Virus record (IMG/VR): IMGVR_UViG_3300020371_000002
DNA from: a virus
Taxonomy: Duplodnaviria > Caudoviricetes
DNA: 64,000 nt
Direction: 5' to 3' (one strand)
Each line of letters begins with the position of its first letter. The stretch's first letter is position 1. The notes under the pieces were generated by a model. That model searched no databases. It saw only the letters and a program-made list of their open reading frames with translations, and was not told where the DNA came from. Of this stretch, positions 26,912-36,086 are shown piece by piece. The position numbers and the translations under genes are program-made.

Positions 26912-27977
26912 TCTCTTCAGAGTCAAAATTTACATCTGCATCGACCTTATCATACAGTTCCAAGAAGGACTGTTTGGTTTCATCATCAAAACGATTGATG
27001 CAAACTTGAATGGCCTTTGCTTTATCTTTCCAGATAGAGAAGGCACGGATGATGTGTACAAGACGACGAGTAGAAATCACTTCCTCAATACCACCATCAT
27101 AGAAGGTCTTACGGATGATGTCTGCCCAGTCTACGAGACGCTTGCAGAAGTCGGCATCTTCACAGAGAGCCATGAGGATCTTCTGTTCGATTGAAGGACT
27201 AGGATACTCTTGTTCCATGGTGATGGCAAATCGTTCTAGGAACGCCTCGTTAAGCACGTTAGTTCCAATAAATCGCCCGTCCTCGGATCCTTTACCCTTA
27301 GTATTTGCGGTTGCAAAAACTTGGAATCCTTCTGCTGGGGTGATGAACTTTCCAATCTTCTTGAGAAAAACTCCCTTACCTTCAAGGATGGATTGAAGAC
27401 AGAGGATTTTGTTTGAGGCGAGATCGATTTCGTCAAGTAGCAACACGGCACCTCGCTGCAGTGCTTCAATGACTGGGCCATTGTGCCAGACGGTCTCACC
27501 ATTAACAAGACGGAAACCACCAATAAGATCGTCTTCATCAGTCTCTACTGTGATGTTGACGCGGATGAGTTCCCTACCCAACGTTGCACAAGCTTGTTCA
27601 ACGGAGAGCGTTTTACCGTTACCCGAAAGACCCGTAATGAACGTGGGATAAAAGATTCGGGACTGAATAATTTTGCGAATATCGTTAAAGTTACCAAACT
27701 TGACGAAGGTATCATCTTTTTGGGGGATAAGGTTCTGTTCAACGGCAGGGAGAGCAGAAGGAGCTTGGAAGTTCTTCTCAAGTTTCTCCTGAATAGTAAG
27801 GTTCCACTTACCAATACCAGCTTTGTGACCCTTCAGACGTTTCTTTACCGTTGCAAGAGAACAGTTGAAGTGGTCGGCTGCACCGAGCAGTTCGGGGACA
27901 CCAACAGACTCGCCATGGTTGTCAGTAAGATAAGTTGTGAGGTCTTCAGTGGTCACGGGGACGGGTTCAAAAGGCAT
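26874..27977 (-). CDS. MoxR/CobS-like AAA+ ATPase
   Basis: GLSGNGKT, LLLDEID, ATANTKGKG, LNEAFLERF. Confidence 0.9.
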   Translation of the reverse strand: MPFEPVPVTTEDLTTYLTDNHGESVGVPELLGAADHFNCSLATVKKRLKGHKAGIGKWNLTIQEKLEKNFQAPSALPAVEQNLIPQKDDTFVKFGNFNDIRKIIQSRIFYPTFITGLSGNGKTLSVEQACATLGRELIRVNITVETDEDDLIGGFRLVNGETVWHNGPVIEALQRGAVLLLDEIDLASNKILCLQSILEGKGVFLKKIGKFITPAEGFQVFATANTKGKGSEDGRFIGTNVLNEAFLERFAITMEQEYPSPSIEQKILMALCEDADFCKRLVDWADIIRKTFYDGGIEEVISTRRLVHIIRAFSIWKDKAKAIQVCINRFDDETKQSFLELYDKVDADVNFDSEENGSMETLEGSSI

Positions 27978-27993
27978 GTTTGTTTGTTGTCGA

Positions 27994-28056
27994 TGTATCT
28001 ATAATACACGAAAAACCCCTTCATGGAAGGGGCTGTGGGACACTTTTTGGACTGTC
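27994..28056 (-). promoter_or_regulatory. conserved early-type promoter block, copy 1
   Basis: CAGT-N6-AGTGTCCCACAGCC-cc-TTCCA-N13-CGTGTATTATAGATACA; near-identical copy at 31021-31083. Confidence 0.7.
28011..28032 (-). terminator. terminator-like hairpin embedded in the promoter spacer
   Basis: CCCCTTC-CAT-GAAGGGG-TTTTT. Confidence 0.6.
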
Positions 28057-28058
28057 TA

Positions 28059-28241
28059 CTAATTGGTCTTTTTCAATTCCTCAAAGTAAGACTCTGATGC
28101 GATGTGTCCTTTGTAGCCAGGGAAGTGGCGATCCATCATTGCACTAATACCCATCGCAGTGATGGCACTGGTGCAACGAATCCAGACTTCTTTCTTGTCC
28201 TCTAGGACTACATGTGGGAGTGGGAATTTACTTCTTTTCAT
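28059..28241 (-). CDS. small hypothetical protein
   Basis: 60 aa, FPLPHVVLEDKKEVWIRC...HFPGYKG. Confidence 0.7.
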   Translation of the reverse strand: MKRSKFPLPHVVLEDKKEVWIRCTSAITAMGISAMMDRHFPGYKGHIASESYFEELKKTN

Positions 28242-28788
28242 AAGTAAAGGTTTTGTTTTTCACTTTGGTATCGAATTCACCTGTTCTACCAGGCCTCATC
28301 TTACCAGTATTGACATTCTTGCCCTTTCCAGGCCAAGATGTTTTCGAAGTACCCTTGAGAGTTGCGGAACCCTTAGGCTTTCTTTGGATGAGTACAGAAT
28401 CCTGATCATCTTTCGACGATCCCGATTTTACATTCTTTTTGTGCTTAAGTCCAGCCTCTGTTCCAAGTTTTTCTATTGTCTTCTTAAACTTTCTCTTACC
28501 CATCTTACCAGATGAGACTACATGGGACTTTTCGCCCACCTTTTTCTCATCTTTGGTTCCAGGGTTTTCGGTGTATCTACCTTGGACCTTGGTTGGCCCA
28601 GGAAGTCCAGCGCCTCTGATTCTACGTTCAGTGCGTTTGGATCTCTCCTTATTCTCCTTCTTAGACTTATCTCCTCTCTGACCAGAAAGGATGGCCATGC
28701 CACCCTTCTCAGATTTGGATCTAATTCTATTCAGACTACTTTCTTCTAACTCAATACTCTCGAGCATGAATTGTGTGAAAGTTTTCAT
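28228..28788 (-). CDS. basic protein with internal-protein-like N-terminus (DUF3293-like pattern)
   Basis: MKTFTQFMLE leader; AILSGQRGD...EN...GRYTE...E.S...LG...QDSVL; ATAAATA at 28813-28819. Confidence 0.75.
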   Translation of the reverse strand: MKTFTQFMLESIELEESSLNRIRSKSEKGGMAILSGQRGDKSKKENKERSKRTERRIRGAGLPGPTKVQGRYTENPGTKDEKKVGEKSHVVSSGKMGKRKFKKTIEKLGTEAGLKHKKNVKSGSSKDDQDSVLIQRKPKGSATLKGTSKTSWPGKGKNVNTGKMRPGRTGEFDTKVKNKTFTYEKK

Positions 28789-28812
28789 GGTAGATACGGG
28801 GTTCAGTATTTG

Positions 28813-28819
28813 TATTTAT
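28813..28819 (-). promoter_or_regulatory. late promoter ATAAATA
   Basis: 25 nt upstream of ORF 28228..28788. Confidence 0.7.
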
Positions 28820-31005
28820 GCAATAAGGTCCACAAATTCACTCAAGATTTTCTTATTCATTTTCTTAGTACGAAGACTTTTCACAAAGGCACTCTTGATT
28901 TGACCCTTGGTTGCATCTTCTTTCACAAAGAAATCGGTATCTTGAGAAAGAGCAGTGGAAGACAATCCGAAATAAGTATCATAACCAGAACCCTTGAGGG
29001 ATACGGTCTTGGTTTTTTTCCATTTGGCAACCAACTTTTCAACTTCCATATAGTCATCAGTATACCTACGGATGAAAGAATTGGAATCACGAGGAGCAAG
29101 AACACGAATGCCAATAAAGTTGGTATCTGTAAACCTACTACCAAGTTGATTCAAAAGAGTCTCGGTAGATCCATGATAACCATCTTCTACCTTCCACTGG
29201 CATCCAGTCTTCCGATCGCGAATGAAGCAACGTTCTGGATACACAGGACGACTTCCAGTGTAAGTATCCTCAGGATTCCTATTAGAAGGAAGAACCACAG
29301 TGTACTTCATTGGAGGTGCTTCACCATCAGTCAGAACAATACACTGAACTTTCTGAACACCGTTCTTCTGTTTGAAATCAGGAATGACCTGATTCATACA
29401 GATCAGAGCCTCGTTCAGAGGCGTGCCAGAGAGTGCCAGGCGACATGGAGTTTGAAACTGTGTCTTCCACCTGTTTCCAGAGTCCGAACCCCAGGCAACC
29501 CGCCAGAGGTTCTTGAGTTGTTTCTCCAAGACAGGTCCACGAACCTTACTGGTAAGGAGATTCATCAGAGAAAAATTCCTATCAACAAACAACTCATTGT
29601 GGATTCTCTCTTCATGATGTTCTTCAGGAAATATGGCAATAGGATGTCCATATTCATTCAAGTTCTCTTGATCGTATGTGACCTTAGCCCACTCATTAGT
29701 GAAAGCATAAACATCAAATGGGATACTACACTTCTTACAAAACCAAATTAGATTATACAATTGTTTGATTGTATCAAGAAGAACATCTCCCATTGAACCA
29801 GACCAGTCCAAAACAAAAACTAGGCCATGGTTCTTACCATCAGGAACAATAGTAACCTTCTTGAAAAGATCTTCATTGTACTTGTAAGTGTGAAGAACTC
29901 CCGTGTTTAGAACACCTGTGCGAGACACAGTGGCACGAGCATATGCATCTGCAGCCTTCTTACACTCAAACTCCTTGACCAGATAGTTTACTTCTTTCTG
30001 TGCAGAACGTTTGAATTTGGCAAAGTCTTCATCACACTCCACATAACACTTATCATTAAACTCTTTCTGAAAGGTTTCAATATGTTCATGAACCTCAGAG
30101 TTGGTAGCAATCACAGTATCAAGTTTCAGTTGAGGAATCTCAAGATAAGCATTCTCTCTCCAATGATTATTTTCACTGTTAAGATCTTCTACAGCATCAG
30201 CAAAGTTTTTATCAGTAATGGTGTCTAGACCATCATACTTCTCGCCACCTTGTGGATTATTCTGAGTTTCAGCATTTTGAGGCATCAATTCATCCAATTC
30301 ATCCCAGTCACCAGGAGAAGAATCTCCACCATCTTCTCCAGAATTTTGTGGTTGACTCGGTTCAGATTGAGGTTGAATGTTCTCAGACTGTTCAGAAGTA
30401 TTATCTCCCTGTTGTGCCTTTACTTTTTGTTGAGGAGGAAGATCGTTGGGAGACTCTACAGAATCCTTACAATGTTGCCACAGTTCCCTAGAAAGTTCCA
30501 GAACATCTGAGAAAGTCTCAAGTTGTGTAGCACGATCAACAAAATACTGTTCCTTGCCACTGAAGGGAATATCTTCGAAGTTACCAATCTTGAAGAATAG
30601 ATTGAGACGATCAGCAAGAGTCAAATCTTCAATGTCAGTCTCACTGATACCAAAGAAATCATCATCAGCAAGTTTTGCGTATCCATGAAAGAAAGTCTTG
30701 TGGATTCCAGCAAAACGACGTTTAATAAGACGTTCGACTCGGACATCCTCAAGGATGTTGACAAAGTTATGAGGCAACTCAGGGTACTTGAGTTTCCAGT
30801 TCTCATTGGGAGTGAACAGCGCGTGTCCAACCTCATGACCTACTAGAAGGTCATATACAATACTTGAGGCCTTTTCCCAAAGAGGAAGGGTAAGGATGCG
30901 GCGGTCAACATCAAAGGAAGCCGTATCCACCTTGCGGTTCTCAATGATGAGATCCTCAGTTGCCAGTAGTTTGGCGAGTTGACCTTTGACTTCGTAGTTG
31001 ACCAT
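28816..31005 (-). CDS. HExxH metallopeptidase-like plus VWA domain protein (CobT-like partner of the AAA+ ATPase)
   Basis: LVGHEVGHALFT; MIDAS motif FVLDWSGSM...LSGTPL...VLTDGE; acidic linker. Confidence 0.85.
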   Translation of the reverse strand: MVNYEVKGQLAKLLATEDLIIENRKVDTASFDVDRRILTLPLWEKASSIVYDLLVGHEVGHALFTPNENWKLKYPELPHNFVNILEDVRVERLIKRRFAGIHKTFFHGYAKLADDDFFGISETDIEDLTLADRLNLFFKIGNFEDIPFSGKEQYFVDRATQLETFSDVLELSRELWQHCKDSVESPNDLPPQQKVKAQQGDNTSEQSENIQPQSEPSQPQNSGEDGGDSSPGDWDELDELMPQNAETQNNPQGGEKYDGLDTITDKNFADAVEDLNSENNHWRENAYLEIPQLKLDTVIATNSEVHEHIETFQKEFNDKCYVECDEDFAKFKRSAQKEVNYLVKEFECKKAADAYARATVSRTGVLNTGVLHTYKYNEDLFKKVTIVPDGKNHGLVFVLDWSGSMGDVLLDTIKQLYNLIWFCKKCSIPFDVYAFTNEWAKVTYDQENLNEYGHPIAIFPEEHHEERIHNELFVDRNFSLMNLLTSKVRGPVLEKQLKNLWRVAWGSDSGNRWKTQFQTPCRLALSGTPLNEALICMNQVIPDFKQKNGVQKVQCIVLTDGEAPPMKYTVVLPSNRNPEDTYTGSRPVYPERCFIRDRKTGCQWKVEDGYHGSTETLLNQLGSRFTDTNFIGIRVLAPRDSNSFIRRYTDDYMEVEKLVAKWKKTKTVSLKGSGYDTYFGLSSTALSQDTDFFVKEDATKGQIKSAFVKSLRTKKMNKKILSEFVDLIA

Positions 31006-31020
31006 GTAAATTCGTTTCGT

Positions 31021-31083
31021 TGTACCTATAATACACGATCCACATGGTCTTGGAAGCGGCTGTGTGCCACTTCTTCAACTGAC
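31021..31083 (-). promoter_or_regulatory. conserved early-type promoter block, copy 2
   Basis: CAGT-N6-AGTGGCACACAGCC-gc-TTCCA-N13-CGTGTATTATAGGTACA, with the same spacing as copy 1. Confidence 0.7.
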
Positions 31084-32793
31084 CACCTTACTAAATCCAC
31101 CCACTTTTTCGAAAGTAGTAACCTTCTCAAACTTATCTGTAAGTTCATCGACCTTGTGAGAGATCACAAAGACGTTAGCGTCTGTAATGATGTACCTAAT
31201 CAGAATACTGAACAAATCAGTACCAGAAGCGTCCAGAGAACTATCAAAGATCTCATCTAAGATCAAGAGATTAGTGGAAGAGGTATTCCTCATCCTAGCA
31301 ATATCTCTCCAAGTAAACAAAAGAGCAAGATCAATTCGCATTTTCTCACCTTCAGAGAAGGAATCGTATGAGAAACTCTCGTGAATCGGTGATTGTACAT
31401 GTTCTTTAAAATCTTCATCTAGAGTAAAATTGACATAGAAGTCCATCCTCTGCAGATACATGTTAATCTGCTTGTTCATCATAGGAAGATATCTCTTGAT
31501 GATCTTGGATTTAACTCCAGTATCCCTCATCAAGGATTGTGCAAACTCTAGATATGTTTTAGTCTCGGATTCTTTTCCTCTCTCTGTTTCGCAACTTAGC
31601 AATTCATCTTTGAGTCTGTTAAGCTTGCTTGTTTCAGAAGTTCGATTTTCAATTTGTGAGGTAGTTCTTTGAATTTCACTTTCGAGTTCTGAAGTTTGTC
31701 GTTGGTACTCAGTAATTTTTGTATTATTGGTAGAAATGCCATTGTTGATTGCAGAGATCATCGAGGATAGTTCTGCAAACCTCTTATCTTTAGACTGTTC
31801 TGTCGCGATAGATGATTTGAGATCAGAATATGCTTGGTTAAGTTCTTTGGCTTTATTTTCAATATCCCCAATCTTATTTAAGCGGAACTGATCTTCAATA
31901 TCTTGTTCACAAGTAGGGCAAACCGTATTTTCTTTGAAAAACTTGTGATCGGATGTCAAATTCTGCATCTTTTGTTGCAGTTTTGAACGAACAGAGGACA
32001 ATTTCTTAATAGTTGCATTAGACTTCGAAAGAGAATCCGCCTCAATTTGTAGTTCTGTTTCGATTTTTTTCTGATTCTTTACATTTTCTTCCTGAAGTTC
32101 TTCAGAAAGTGTGAGCAACTGTGTGATTTTATGTTGTTTCTCTTTGATTTTCTCCTTTCCACGCTTATCAAGATCGGCAATAAACTCCTCTTGCATCTCA
32201 ATCTTATCTTCAACCATGTCTTTCTTAAGAGAAAGTTGTTTTACAAGATCATTATTATCCCTAACACGATCTTTCAAGATATTACCCATGCTTGAGAAGA
32301 TCTTAATGTCCAACAAGTCCTCCACAATGTCTCTACGATTAGGGGCATTGAGTTGCATGAAGGGAACAAACGTTGCCGATCCCAGAATAACTGTCTGAGT
32401 GAAAGACTTATAGTTTAATTTAAGGATATTATCTTCCAAATACTTCTGTTGATCAATTGCATTAGGGAATTGATCCTGCATCTTACCATTTACATGAATC
32501 TCAAAGATGTTTGGTTTGATGCCTCTAATAACTTTATATTCTTTACTAAGAATGGAGAACTCAATCTCGACTACAGCATCTCTTTCATTAACTGTATTGA
32601 CGAGTTGACTCCTAGAAATCTTACGGAACGCCTTATTATACAAAGCAAAAGTCAGGGCGTCCAAAATTGTGGACTTCCCTGTACCATTATTACCTACAAT
32701 CAGATTGGTTTTATTCTGTATCAGATCAATCTCTGTGAAGATATTTCCCGTAGACAAGAAATTCTTCCATCGGATCTTCTCAAATTTAATCAT
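31075..32793 (-). CDS. gp46: recombination endonuclease subunit (Rad50-like, T4 gp46)
   Basis: GNNGTGKST, Zn hook CPTC, SFSEGEKMRIDLAL, LLILDEIFDSSLD. Confidence 0.96.
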   Translation of the reverse strand: MIKFEKIRWKNFLSTGNIFTEIDLIQNKTNLIVGNNGTGKSTILDALTFALYNKAFRKISRSQLVNTVNERDAVVEIEFSILSKEYKVIRGIKPNIFEIHVNGKMQDQFPNAIDQQKYLEDNILKLNYKSFTQTVILGSATFVPFMQLNAPNRRDIVEDLLDIKIFSSMGNILKDRVRDNNDLVKQLSLKKDMVEDKIEMQEEFIADLDKRGKEKIKEKQHKITQLLTLSEELQEENVKNQKKIETELQIEADSLSKSNATIKKLSSVRSKLQQKMQNLTSDHKFFKENTVCPTCEQDIEDQFRLNKIGDIENKAKELNQAYSDLKSSIATEQSKDKRFAELSSMISAINNGISTNNTKITEYQRQTSELESEIQRTTSQIENRTSETSKLNRLKDELLSCETERGKESETKTYLEFAQSLMRDTGVKSKIIKRYLPMMNKQINMYLQRMDFYVNFTLDEDFKEHVQSPIHESFSYDSFSEGEKMRIDLALLFTWRDIARMRNTSSTNLLILDEIFDSSLDASGTDLFSILIRYIITDANVFVISHKVDELTDKFEKVTTFEKVGGFSKVVS

Positions 32794-33062
32794 ACTTTAG
32801 GCGGGATCACACAATCTTCTGACGTGATGATGACGTACTTATAATTATACAACTCACACGTTTTTATTGCAACCTCTGCGTCAACTTCAATGACTTTCAG
32901 GGATGCATAGTCATCTGCTTCTAAGAGACCAACAAAACGTTCTGCATCGTCTTCTTCCTCAAAGATGTAGAGGGCTTTATCACCACTCTCATCTTCAACG
33001 GCATATGCACCTTCACCAGTCTGTTCCTGTAAGGCAAGAATGAACATTAGATCATTTCGCAA
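32790..33062 (-). CDS. hypothetical protein between gp47 and gp46
   Basis: 90 aa, acidic, LYIFEEEDDAERF; overlaps both neighbours. Confidence 0.75.
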   Translation of the reverse strand: MRNDLMFILALQEQTGEGAYAVEDESGDKALYIFEEEDDAERFVGLLEADDYASLKVIEVDAEVAIKTCELYNYKYVIITSEDCVIPPKV

Positions 33063-34090
33063 GCTTCTGTGTAAACTTCTCTCAGAAGTTTCTTTACTCT
33101 CTCTTTGTCTAGTTCAAAGTCAGAGTCTTCAACATATTTATTGAGAAGTGTAATAGTGTCTTCAATCTTTTCCCCATCAAAATCAACTTCCTCATCATTG
33201 ACAGATAGGTTCTCGATGATCTTTAATTCATGGACATCAGCCTTGAATAGTTTATCGATGAAGTTTTCAAACTGAACGGGATCAGTTTTCTTACGAACGA
33301 TTACCTTTACAATCTTGTTCGTATACTTAGTGGCATTAAACAAAGCAGGATTTGTATCCTCGTAATGAATGACTTCAAAGATTGTGTATGGATTTAAAAC
33401 ATACTCAATTTCAAAAGTTTCCGTATCGAGAATATGAAAACCTCTCTGATCATCTACATCATTCCAATATAGTTGATAAGGATTGCCAAGATAAAAGATG
33501 TGACCGTCACTACTCTTAGTATGATAGTGTCCAGAGAACACATAGTCAAACTTCTCGTAACAATCTTTATCCATGCCATGAGTTTGAACGTTTCCTCTGT
33601 GTAATTTGAATCCGTTCAATTCAAGGTGACCAAAAACAACTTTGGATTTGGTCTTTTCCATTTTCTCTAAAGTTTGTTCCTTGTTATCTGCACAAATCCA
33701 AGGTACAGCAAACCACTTTAGATTACCTGTTTTGTATTCTCCAGGTTCGGAGATGGGAATAATATTTGAATAATCCTCTAGGAGAGATTCAATAGCATTG
33801 ATCTCATTAGAGTTTTTATAATATGCATCATGATTACCAACCAGTTGCCATACTTTGACTCCCATCTGGTTGAGTCGATTATAAAAGTTTTTCTTGGCCC
33901 AATTCAGGGCCCAAAAGTCTACACTTCTCCTGTTATCAAAAGCATCACCCATATGAATGACTGCCTTAATCTCTTGTTCTTCTAAAGTTGGAAAGAATAC
34001 ATCTTCATAAAACCTTTGAAAATAATCATGAAATGTTTTATTACCTCTACGTCCACCAAAGTGCGTGTCCGTAATAATAGCTACCTTCAT
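33047..34090 (-). CDS. gp47: recombination endonuclease subunit (Mre11-like, T4 gp47)
   Basis: ITDTHFG, HMGDAFD, LVGNHD, FSGHYH. Confidence 0.96.
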   Translation of the reverse strand: MKVAIITDTHFGGRRGNKTFHDYFQRFYEDVFFPTLEEQEIKAVIHMGDAFDNRRSVDFWALNWAKKNFYNRLNQMGVKVWQLVGNHDAYYKNSNEINAIESLLEDYSNIIPISEPGEYKTGNLKWFAVPWICADNKEQTLEKMEKTKSKVVFGHLELNGFKLHRGNVQTHGMDKDCYEKFDYVFSGHYHTKSSDGHIFYLGNPYQLYWNDVDDQRGFHILDTETFEIEYVLNPYTIFEVIHYEDTNPALFNATKYTNKIVKVIVRKKTDPVQFENFIDKLFKADVHELKIIENLSVNDEEVDFDGEKIEDTITLLNKYVEDSDFELDKERVKKLLREVYTEACEMI

Positions 34091-34797
34091 TTACCAGAAA
34101 AAAGAGGAGTACCTTTAATTGTGGCGCAAATAACTTTGAAAATTGACTGGGTTACAGATCCTTCAAACTCTTCAAACATGTACATGTTAAGTCTGAATGC
34201 ATAGTTAGCTTCCGCAACAATCTGATTCACTGCAGAGACATGTGGGTTCATGCCACCAGAATATTTGGAAATTTGCAAGTTATCAAGAGTCTTACGATAA
34301 CATGTTTTAAACTCCTTGGCATCAGGGATGTCATCAAATTCATAGAAGTTTAAACCTTCTCCCTCTGGTGGATTCAGAGCCTTCTTGGCAATACCCTTTA
34401 GGATTTGTCCTCCAGATAGATCCCCAAGATACCTAGTATAATGATGTCCAATGAGTGACAGTACAGGTGCTTCTTCGATTCTGTGAACGTATTGTTGAGT
34501 CGCAGGAGAAGGACAGATATGTTCTCTCCAAGTGGGACCATAATAATACTTCAGATCTTTTTCTAAAGCCCTTTTCCTGTGAAGTTCGGGAAAATAAAGA
34601 TCACCTAAAACTGGATCGTCTTTCAATTTATCAAATCTCAACTCCATTGCGGAGTAGATGTAATAAAAGTTTCCAAGTAATTTTTTATATTGTTCTTCGT
34701 CAAGAACACCGCGAAGGAAACCAGCAATAAACTTACCGTTTTCTGCTGCGTTGTGGGATTCTTTAGTTCCCTGTTTTAATTCTGTTGAGAGTTGCAT
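34087..34797 (-). CDS. ho1: heme oxygenase
   Basis: LKQGTKESHNAAE, HHYTRYLGDLSGGQIL, EANYAFRLN. Confidence 0.93.
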   Translation of the reverse strand: MQLSTELKQGTKESHNAAENGKFIAGFLRGVLDEEQYKKLLGNFYYIYSAMELRFDKLKDDPVLGDLYFPELHRKRALEKDLKYYYGPTWREHICPSPATQQYVHRIEEAPVLSLIGHHYTRYLGDLSGGQILKGIAKKALNPPEGEGLNFYEFDDIPDAKEFKTCYRKTLDNLQISKYSGGMNPHVSAVNQIVAEANYAFRLNMYMFEEFEGSVTQSIFKVICATIKGTPLFSGK

Positions 34798-36086
34798 GGA
34801 AGTCCATCATATTTTTCTTCAAAATCCAAGAATCGGATTTGATTGAATCCACAATAAAGAGTCTTGATATCGAAGTAATTAAATCCTCCAATAACACACT
34901 CGTTACTTACTGTGTTTCCAATATTGGGTCGGTTACCTGCTGTGAAATCTTCATGTCTAACCTGCTCTTTCCATTGATAGGGAGTGGTAAGATCATCTGA
35001 TGTTTGAGTATCCAGTTGCATTGCATCAAAGAACTGAGCGTCATCACAAGCAACAACGTGTCTCTTCAAATTGTTCTTTGCAATTGAAGTTACCCTATTC
35101 CAGAAGGGAGTATCGTAAGTAGAACCAAACTGATAATGTAAAGAGAGTGCATATTGATAGTCCAACATTTCCTGACGGAATCTATGGTTTGCACGAACAA
35201 AGGCAGTGTAATCTCTTCTCTCTACAAAATCACAGATGTCTTCAGAAAGAAGTTTGTAATAGTCAAGTGACAGTGCCTGCAGGGGTTCAAGGAAGAACAA
35301 TCTATTACCGTTCAGTGCCTCCCACCTACTTACAACCATTTGTTTGGCGTAACGGGGTTTCCACTTGATTTGTTTGAACTCCTTATCTTCACCATACATT
35401 CTCTTGAGTTCGGCAATAGCCTCCTCGTCTGTCGTCTCGGTATCATTATAAAGATATCCGCAGTGACTTTCCCCACCATTAAGTTCTGGGAAAGGAAGTT
35501 GGAACTGCCATCCATGAGGAGTTGCAAGGTGTACCGTATGATGATACTCCTTCATCTCAGGGATGTGGTGAAGCAAAGCTGCGTTCACTGTAGGCATCAG
35601 GGGTTCGTCATACTGACTATCATCCTCATTCCAGCCACTACAATTCACAACGAAATCATACTGTTTCCCATTAATAATAATATGGGAACCGTCGCCAGCC
35701 TCCTTATATCCATTGTATTTCTCTGGGTGAAAAACGACGCCGCGCTTCTTCTCCAAGAGTTCAATGACATACTCATTCCATCTCTGGTTATCTAAATGGA
35801 AAGCAGTATGGTTACTATTGAATGGGTGAGTAAACTCTCCTCCTTTACCCCAACCAACAAAGTGTACACCGTTCTTATAGGATACAATTCCATCGTCAAC
35901 AAATGTACCGATACACATGCCAAGAACATCTCGCATCAAACACGAGATATGAGGCGTAGTAGATTCACCAACTCTAAGGAATGGCCTTTCTGGATCGTAA
36001 AAATGTTCAGTCTGGTGTCCTCGTCTGAGGAAAATCATGGAACAAACTAATGCACTTGTTCCCTTTCCGATGATAGCGATTTTCAT
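34776..36086 (-). CDS. flavin-dependent tryptophan-halogenase-like protein
   Basis: IAIIGKGTS Rossmann motif, VGESTTP, HGWQFQLP (WxWxIP variant), FLEPLQA. Confidence 0.8.
   Translation of the reverse strand: MKIAIIGKGTSALVCSMIFLRRGHQTEHFYDPERPFLRVGESTTPHISCLMRDVLGMCIGTFVDDGIVSYKNGVHFVGWGKGGEFTHPFNSNHTAFHLDNQRWNEYVIELLEKKRGVVFHPEKYNGYKEAGDGSHIIINGKQYDFVVNCSGWNEDDSQYDEPLMPTVNAALLHHIPEMKEYHHTVHLATPHGWQFQLPFPELNGGESHCGYLYNDTETTDEEAIAELKRMYGEDKEFKQIKWKPRYAKQMVVSRWEALNGNRLFFLEPLQALSLDYYKLLSEDICDFVERRDYTAFVRANHRFRQEMLDYQYALSLHYQFGSTYDTPFWNRVTSIAKNNLKRHVVACDDAQFFDAMQLDTQTSDDLTTPYQWKEQVRHEDFTAGNRPNIGNTVSNECVIGGFNYFDIKTLYCGFNQIRFLDFEEKYDGLPCNSQQN

Noticed and set aside
26874-27977. Calling the ATPase cobS (cobalamin synthesis)
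   Set aside because: Only generic MoxR AAA+ motifs are present, and there is no CobN or other cobalamin gene in the window; symbol withheld
28771-29751. 326-aa plus-strand ORF
   Set aside because: Antisense shadow of the VWA domain gene; no family motifs
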